64,000 bases of DNA from Candidatus Auribacterota bacterium (GTDB lineage Bacteria > Auribacterota > Tritonobacteria > UBA1439). Positions within the stretch are counted from its first letter, which is position 1; each line of letters opens with the position of its first letter. The stretch is from the NCBI GenBank assembly GCA_026392015.1, contig JAPLCW010000185.1:1546-65545 (forward strand), given 5' to 3'. Below are positions 57,824-64,000 of the stretch, one piece after another. A program made the translations under genes and the position numbers. The notes beneath the pieces are model-generated. The model ran no database searches and was not told where the DNA came from. It worked only from the letters and a program-made list of their open reading frames with translations.

Positions 57824-58684
57824 ATGTGCATCGATTGTATCACTCCTGCGGAAAGAATTATGACTCTCATTATCATTGCCTTGGCGCTCTTCGCAGCCTC
57901 CTTCGCTGATGCCGTACCCGCCAATTCTCCTTTTCCTCAATGCTATAATTTCCCATTCCCCTCCGACTTGGGGAAAAACGACTACCTCCAGCACCCATGC
58001 ATGGCCCCGGCGAAGATCGGTAGGATCCTTGAAGGCAACAACTTGATCTGGGGGGAGAGCATAGGATGGATCAATCTCGGGGCGACGCACGCCGAGGTGA
58101 AGATCGGCTCAAACATATTGGCGGGTTGGATCTGGTTGGAAAACTGCGGCTGGGTGTGCCTCGGCAACGGGCATCCTCTGGATGCGAGGCGCTACTCCAA
58201 CCGTGGCTCCTGTGACTGGGGAGTCAACAACGATGGTCGGGGCAAGTTGTCCGGTTTTGCCTGGTCTGAAGTCACGGGCTGGATCAGTTTCCGCACCGGT
58301 CATTCGTGTGTATGCCTGGATGAGAGCGGCCAGTTTTGCGGCTATGCGTGGGGAGAGAATGCAGGGTGGATGCATTTCGGGCCTGGCAGCACAGCGCAAT
58401 ATCTTGCGAAGGCGGATCCCGGGCCGTGGAGAGATATCGGGCCGGAACCGGGAGGGAGACTCGCCGGGAGGCAAAATGATTCTGAAATAAGCAGTGGCTC
58501 TGTCCCCGTCACAGGCCTGAATAACAATTATGAGAGATACAACAAGGATATCCGGACAGTCTGTCCGCTCAGGCTGGGAAAAGATGATTCCCATGCGGCT
58601 ATTCGGTGTTGCGATACGCCGATTTATATAAGCAGTCTTGCCAAACTTTCTCCCATTCGCGCTCCTCCGCGTTGCGGGTATTAG
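57824..58684 (+). CDS. Exported G-x-A-W-x-E-x-x-G-W repeat protein ending in RAPP
   Basis: Four repeats (IWGESIGWI, IWLENCGWV, AWSEVTGWI, AWGENAGWM); signal peptide from ATG 57860; tail SPIRAPPRCGY. Confidence 0.75.
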   Translation: MCIDCITPAERIMTLIIIALALFAASFADAVPANSPFPQCYNFPFPSDLGKNDYLQHPCMAPAKIGRILEGNNLIWGESIGWINLGATHAEVKIGSNILAGWIWLENCGWVCLGNGHPLDARRYSNRGSCDWGVNNDGRGKLSGFAWSEVTGWISFRTGHSCVCLDESGQFCGYAWGENAGWMHFGPGSTAQYLAKADPGPWRDIGPEPGGRLAGRQNDSEISSGSVPVTGLNNNYERYNKDIRTVCPLRLGKDDSHAAIRCCDTPIYISSLAKLSPIRAPPRCGY

Positions 58685-58774
58685 CCATAGTTTCATTGCG
58701 AGTCCCACGAAGTGGGGCGTGAAAATCTCACCTTTATCAACTTCAAGATGAATCAAGAAAGGATTGGTGTCAAA

Positions 58775-59560
58775 ATGAGAAATTTAATCGCAGCAGCTCT
58801 GAGTTTAATGTTGATGGTTGGCCTGTCATGCGTGGCTATTGCGGGGAGTCTTGACTCCCCCGGTGCCCCTTCCGCGGGGAGCGGGATGTACACGCTCCAG
58901 AACCTGTACGACTACCTGACAAGCGGAACGGAGCTCACGGTGCAGACCGGCTTCCAGGAGCCCACGTCAGGCCCCACCGCTGGCACCATGAAGACGACAA
59001 AGAAGATCGGGGATGATGTGAAATCCTTATTTGACCTGTGCGCAATCACGACTGCCGCAAATGTTGAATCGGGAATGCCATTCTTCTGCACGCAGCCGGG
59101 AAGCTGGGGAGTTCAGACGGGAACATTAAGCGTGCTGCCGAGACCGACAGCAACCCCAACCATAACCCCAACCCCAACCATAACCCCAACCCCAACACCA
59201 ACGGGTACGCCGTCGCATGCTTGGTGCGTGGCGCTCGGCGGATGGTGGGGACCCGACGGCCTGGGGGGGTCGGGATGTTGGTTTGGGGCGGATAGGTGGC
59301 CGTCAGGCACGTTTGTTTCGTGCGATACAATTTGTTCGGAACATGGCGCGTTAACCTGTGATTCCAGGAACTGGAATGACACTAATTGCCAGTACTGCCT
59401 CTCCCAGCATCCCACGTTCTCTTGCAACTCCCCTTGCGGAGGTACGGTTCCACTAATGGACAACAGATCCGAGTACTGTGGACAAAGGGCAGAGGGTTGC
59501 AACCAAAATTGCAGTCAGACTTCAAACAACGACCTGCGTTTGTGCCTTTGCAAGCAGTAG
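58775..59560 (+). CDS. Secreted modular paralogue of 55947 with a different Cys-rich C-domain
   Basis: SD aaagga; GSLDSPGAPSAGSGMYTL...FFCTQPGSWGVQTGTL; (PT)n linker; many Cys in tail. Confidence 0.85.
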   Translation: MRNLIAAALSLMLMVGLSCVAIAGSLDSPGAPSAGSGMYTLQNLYDYLTSGTELTVQTGFQEPTSGPTAGTMKTTKKIGDDVKSLFDLCAITTAANVESGMPFFCTQPGSWGVQTGTLSVLPRPTATPTITPTPTITPTPTPTGTPSHAWCVALGGWWGPDGLGGSGCWFGADRWPSGTFVSCDTICSEHGALTCDSRNWNDTNCQYCLSQHPTFSCNSPCGGTVPLMDNRSEYCGQRAEGCNQNCSQTSNNDLRLCLCKQ

Positions 59561-59591
59561 CGCGATCCTCGTGATACACTACTGAGGGAAT

Positions 59592-59631
59592 AGCGGCAGG
59601 GAGTTTGTTGTTCGCATTGCTCCCTGCCGCT
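59592..59631 (+). terminator. 12-bp hairpin downstream of 58775 gene
   Basis: agcggcagggag...ctccctgccgct; no clear U-tract. Confidence 0.45.
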
Positions 59632-59893
59632 GGCGGAGATAACTCCGAATCTTCGTGTAAGAAGATCCTTGCTCTTTAAGCCGGAGTAACTTCATTTTCA
59701 TCTGACGAATGGATCCGGATGAAATCCCGATGATTCATCCAGATATAATGTCCGTTCGCCAGAAGACCGGGAGTTCCATGCGATGCCGCATGGCGTCGTG
59801 TCCGTTCCTAACGCTGTCTACGGTATGCAGGGCGGCCGGCGGGCGGGGATGAATGGCAACGCCGGCTTCCATCGGCGGGGAGTATGCTTTTTA

Positions 59894-60138
59894 AACCACG
59901 AAGGCCACAAAGAGCGCGAAGATAATATTTTTGGCTCAACACGGATTTTAGTGATCCCAAAAATCAGCAAAATATCCCTCCCCCTCAAGGGGAAGGGGAT
60001 ATGCAGCGATTCCATAGTTAGTATCATTTTGCGGCGCAGTTTGTTATCCAGTTTTGGCTGCGCATATTCTTCACAAAAATCTGTGTTGAGCCATATTTTC
60101 TTACTAACTATCTTTGCGACCTTCGTGCGCTTCGGGGT
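59894..60138. repeat. Nested AACCACGAAG / ACGGATT palindromic elements
   Basis: aaccacgaaggccacaaagagcgcgaag ... ctttgcgaccttcgtgcgcttcgggg enclosing ggctcaacacggattt...aaatctgtgttgagcc. Confidence 0.7.
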
Positions 60139-60310
60139 AGAGACACAATTTGGTTGCGGCCAGCAGGCCGCGCTGTGTGTGTATGGTGGGCGTTGAAAAT
60201 TCAATATGTGTCACAGATGAACCCAGATAAGGCACAGATATATTTGGTTGCGGCCTTTGTGCCGCGCTGTGATATACTTTTCCAAAAGAACGAGATAGTG
60301 AGGAGGAGAG

Positions 60311-60814
60311 ATGAGTGTCATTGCGCAGAGCGAACTCGAAAAGCTGTTGAAGGAGGGCGTCATCAAGGTTGAACCATTCTCTTTTGATCAGATAGGCCCT
60401 GGCTCGATCGACCTTCATCTGGGCAACGAGTTCACTGTGTTCCGGAAGGTGAGGGAGGTGTTTCACGTCACCGATGAGACCGATTACCGGACGATCAGCG
60501 AAACAATTCGTGTGAACGATTTCTTCGTGCTCATGCCGGGTGAGTCGGCTCTCGCAAAAACCGTGGAGAAGATAACCCTGCCGGATGACATTTGCGGGAG
60601 GCTCGAGGGGAGAAGCAGGTTTTCCAGGCTAGGCCTCCTCGTGCACATCACCGCCTCTTTCATGCACCCGGGGATCTCCAACCATCAGGTTCTTGAGATG
60701 TATAACGCCAGCCCCATTCCGCTGGCGGTTCACCCGGGCACGAAAATCTGTCAATTCGTATTCGAAAGGACGATTGGCAGGGGGCACTATAGCGGCAAGT
60801 TCGTGAATCAATAA
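60311..60814 (+). CDS. dcd: dCTP deaminase
   Basis: QIGPGSIDLHL, EGRSRFSRLGL.VH.TA, LEMYN, ICQFVF, Y.GKF..Q; SD ggagg. Confidence 0.92.
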   Translation: MSVIAQSELEKLLKEGVIKVEPFSFDQIGPGSIDLHLGNEFTVFRKVREVFHVTDETDYRTISETIRVNDFFVLMPGESALAKTVEKITLPDDICGRLEGRSRFSRLGLLVHITASFMHPGISNHQVLEMYNASPIPLAVHPGTKICQFVFERTIGRGHYSGKFVNQ

Positions 60815-61066
60815 TCCCTGTGACCGCGGATGCACTCGGAGTATCACGAGTGAGTGCGAATTAGCCAAGCAAAGTTCGCTGATGGAAAAGATAATGAGTG
60901 TCCTAACGGAGCAGATATTTGCATTCGCAGATTAGACCGATTATGGGAAGAAGATATTGATGTTTGGATTTTCTATTGGGATGTATTTTGTCATTTGGAT
61001 TTTGTCATTTGTCAGTCATCTGTTCTCAGTGATTAAAGGGTTGGTCATCTTTATGGAGGCGTTCCG

Positions 61067-61960
61067 ATGACAATGAGGCACTGTGCTCTTTCGGCTGCAT
61101 TTGTTGCAATCATCATGCTGTGCCCGCCCGCTGCGCGCGCACAATATTTCCTTAGCTATTCGGGAGACACTGCGTCGCGGGAGATACGGGATTCGCTCTC
61201 CCTTCTGACGGAGGTTGAACAGGCGATTGACACAAATCACCGCGTCCTCGCGCGGTGGCTTTTGGTCGTGACCGAGGGTATGATCAAGAATGCCCAGGGG
61301 GATATTCCCAACGCGGTCTTCAATTCCGACCTTGCGAGCGCCAAAACAGCGCTCGAAAGAAAAGAGAGTAAGAAAGCGATCCGGTATCTGGGGAAGGCGA
61401 AGTCGGAACTCGATAATCTCTCGAAGGTCTGGGACGAGGGAAATGCCGGAGAGAAGATGGCCGAGTGCCTCTCTCGCGCGGAGAAGGGCGATCTGCAGGC
61501 TTCCCTCGCGAATGTCGCTGAACTCTCCGCCCTTGTGAGGGTCGACCCGCTTCAGAAATGCATCGAGAGCGCCATATCGCAGGTGCGCGAGGCAAAGGCG
61601 AAGCATGCGCACGGGTACGAGATAGAGGCTCTCCAGGCGCTCGGCAGCGCCGCTCACTCTCTGAGGAGGGCATACCTGGCCTCGCGTCTCACTCAGGCAA
61701 AGCTCATCGTGACGCACGCGCGGCTCATGGCGGACGGCGGCAGTTGCCGGAGAGCGGCTTGGACCCTCGGGCGCGCGGAGAGGAGACTCAAGAAGGGGAG
61801 TTACATGGCGGACAGCGCAGAGGCGGACGCGATCGCAAAAATAGCCGCGGATATGAACGATGCCCGTGGGGCGGTGCGGGAGAGGACAAGCGATGCGCGT
61901 GGCAAGCTCGAGCAGGTGGAAGCGAAGATCATCGCCCTCCTCGCGAAGATTGAACCATGA
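61067..61960 (+). CDS. Exported all-alpha hypothetical protein
   Basis: SD ggagg, AxA signal peptide, Ala/Lys/Glu-rich helical repeats. Confidence 0.7.
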   Translation: MTMRHCALSAAFVAIIMLCPPAARAQYFLSYSGDTASREIRDSLSLLTEVEQAIDTNHRVLARWLLVVTEGMIKNAQGDIPNAVFNSDLASAKTALERKESKKAIRYLGKAKSELDNLSKVWDEGNAGEKMAECLSRAEKGDLQASLANVAELSALVRVDPLQKCIESAISQVREAKAKHAHGYEIEALQALGSAAHSLRRAYLASRLTQAKLIVTHARLMADGGSCRRAAWTLGRAERRLKKGSYMADSAEADAIAKIAADMNDARGAVRERTSDARGKLEQVEAKIIALLAKIEP

Positions 61961-62250
61961 ACGCAGCAATGCAATTTCGGCATGCACCCTCTACACGTAA
62001 TCCGCAAGTTTCAAAACCAAAAACAAATCTCCAGTGCCCAGCCTTTTCTAGCGATTGAGCGATTAGGGACTGGGCGATTGGGTTAAACCATTGAACACCT
62101 AATCGCTTAATCGCCCGGTTGCCCAATCGCTATTTGTGTTTTGGATTATTAAATTTGGTTTTTGGGCTTATTTTGAAATTTGATCTTTGAATTTTGGATT
62201 TTTACCTGTGGGGAACGCAGCAGAGAGGTGTTTATCCGCCATCTCTGGTC

Positions 62251-62409
62251 GTAATGGGTCACTTAGGGGTGATACATTACTAAATATGTCATTCCTGCAC
62301 TTCGACTGCGCTCAGTGTAAACTCGAGCAGGAATCCAGGTTCCATACTGGATCCCCGCTTTCGCGAGGATGACAAGTGAAAGGGATACCACCAATGAGTG
62401 ACTCATTAC
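62251..62409. mobile_element. MITE homologous to 18880-19060
   Basis: gtaatgggtcact...agtgactcattac; flanks ctctggtc/ctcgggtt (6/8, decayed TSD). Confidence 0.8.
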
Positions 62410-62428
62410 CTCGGGTTCCTGATTGCTC

Positions 62429-62457
62429 TTGCAATTCCGATATAAAGTTCATACTAT
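62429..62457 (+). promoter_or_regulatory. sigma70 promoter of speB-pdaD
   Basis: TTGCAA-17 bp-TACTAT, ~130 nt upstream of ATG. Confidence 0.5.
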
Positions 62458-62586
62458 TGCCACCCTGACCCCGCGCCTGTTCTCCTCCCTTGTAAAGGGG
62501 GAATGAATGGTAGGGGATTGTGCGGAGATTTTATTGACTGAGACATCGCTTCGCGCACTCTGAAACTTCTGTAAAGGAAAGATGTC

Positions 62587-63504
62587 ATGGCTGAAAAGGC
62601 GCATCGAATTCCCAACAATTTCTGCGGATTGCCCGAGGAATTTTCGAGCTGGCGGAATTCGCGGGTTGTTATTATTCCGGTCCCCTACGACCTCACCTCA
62701 ACATACGTCTCCGGATCGCGGAGCGGCCCCCGGGCGATCATCAACGCCTCCATGAACATGGAACAGTTTGACGAGGAACTCAAGACGGAAAATTTCCGGA
62801 TCGGCATCCACACCCAGGAACAGCTCGAGACCATCGCCTCCTCGCCTGAGCCTATGATGGCGGCGATCGAGGGAGCGGTGGAGGAAGTCCTCGCTGCGGA
62901 TAAGTTTCCCGTCCTGCTCGGCGGCGAGCACTCAATCACCATAGGAGCCCTTAGAGCGGTCAGGAAGAAGCACCGGCGCATCTCGATCCTGCATTTTGAT
63001 GCGCACGCCGATCTGAGGGATTCGTACCAGGGGACGTCGCTCAGCCATGCCTGTGCGGGCAGGCGCGCGTCAGAGATGGGAAGGCTCGTGCAGGTGGGGA
63101 TACGGAGCCTGAGCGCCGAGGAGGAGGAGTTTCGCAGCAAGTCGGAGGTACGGACATTCTTTGCCGCCGACCTTGCCAGCGGCCGCGCGCACCTCAACGA
63201 GATCATCTCGAGCATTGACGGGGATCTCTATATAACCATTGATCTCGATGTCTTCGATCCCTCGATCGTGCCGGCCACAGGGACGCCCGAGCCGGGAGGC
63301 CTCACATGGTACGACGTGACCGGGATCCTCCGGGCGGCGTGTGAGGGAAGGCGTGTGGTGGGAATGGATGTGGTAGAGCTCTGTCCGATTATGAACAGCG
63401 TCGCCTCGGATTTCCTCGCGGCGAAGCTCGTGTACCGGGCTATCGGATATGTTTTTTCCGGAGAGCTCGCGCGGATTCGGGAAAGAAAACTAAAGAAGAA
63501 ATAG
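62587..63504 (+). CDS. speB: Agmatinase
   Basis: GGEHS, HFDAHADL, IDLDVFDP..PATGTPEPGGL; adjacent to arginine decarboxylase. Confidence 0.93.
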   Translation: MAEKAHRIPNNFCGLPEEFSSWRNSRVVIIPVPYDLTSTYVSGSRSGPRAIINASMNMEQFDEELKTENFRIGIHTQEQLETIASSPEPMMAAIEGAVEEVLAADKFPVLLGGEHSITIGALRAVRKKHRRISILHFDAHADLRDSYQGTSLSHACAGRRASEMGRLVQVGIRSLSAEEEEFRSKSEVRTFFAADLASGRAHLNEIISSIDGDLYITIDLDVFDPSIVPATGTPEPGGLTWYDVTGILRAACEGRRVVGMDVVELCPIMNSVASDFLAAKLVYRAIGYVFSGELARIRERKLKKK

Positions 63505-63531
63505 TGAGGGGATAACATACGGGAGGGAGAT

Positions 63532-64000
63532 ATGCTGCTTGTTCCTAAGAAGGTATTTTTTACAAATGGGGTGGGTACGCACAAGAAGGAGCTCCGATCG
63601 TTCGAGCTTGCTCTGCGCGACGCGGGGATAGAGCGATGCAACCTTGTTACCGTTTCGAGCATTCTTCCCCCCGATTGCAAGATTGTCTCGAGGGCGAAGG
63701 GGCTCGCCGATCTCGTCCCGGGCATGATCACCTTCACCGTGCTCGCACGCTGCTGTTCGAACGAGCCGCACCGGCTCATCGCGGCGAGCGTGGGCTGTGC
63801 GGTTCCCCACAAGGGATTTTACGGATACTTAAGCGAATATCACTCCTACGGAGAAACAGACGAAGTCGCCGGCAATAACGCCGAGGATATGGCGGTGGCC
63901 ATGCTCGCCAGCACCCTTGGCCTCGACTTCGACGAGGACAAGAGCTGGGACCAGCAGAAAGAGGTCTATCGCATCTCCAACAAGGTTGTGCGCGCGATGA
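63532..64000 (+). CDS. pdaD: Pyruvoyl-dependent arginine decarboxylase, 3'-truncated by window edge
   Basis: Manual translation MLLVPKKVFFTNGVG...SFELALRDAGI..CNLVTVSSILPP (Ser-Ser cleavage site)...YGYLSEYH; absent from the ORF track because it has no stop in the window. Confidence 0.9.
   Translation, partial: MLLVPKKVFFTNGVGTHKKELRSFELALRDAGIERCNLVTVSSILPPDCKIVSRAKGLADLVPGMITFTVLARCCSNEPHRLIAASVGCAVPHKGFYGYLSEYHSYGETDEVAGNNAEDMAVAMLASTLGLDFDEDKSWDQQKEVYRISNKVVRAM

Overview
GC-rich bacterial window, probably an uncultured anaerobe; two exported proteins have an N-terminal domain I recall from Candidatus Aureabacteria, but this is unverified. About 52 kb (1018-52656) is a dense array of 20 large multi-pass membrane proteins that look like GT-C-fold, lipid-linked-sugar glycosyltransferases (ArnT/PMT-, DUF2142-, DUF2723/TMEM260-, YfhO-, GT87- and O-antigen-ligase-like). 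The array carries only one GT2 donor synthase and two SAM methyltransferases. Most longer spacers are filled with nested palindromic elements, including MITEs with TIR/TSD. There is also an intact RAYT bounded by perfect 27-bp inverted repeats and a MITE-disrupted DUF559 pseudogene. At 55.4-59.6 kb a duplicated sigma54 promoter/enhancer module precedes two secreted paralogues that share an N-domain and Pro/Thr linker but have unrelated C-domains. One ends in a DGR-variable-region-like tail followed by a hairpin and a MutS-I-like mini-ORF. Between them lies a Trp-repeat protein ending in a RAPP arrest-like motif. Housekeeping genes: SSS symporter (partial), CorA-family transporter, HAD hydrolase, dcd, speB, pdaD (partial). 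No rRNA, tRNA or CRISPR array was seen. All family assignments come from motif recognition by eye, not database searches.
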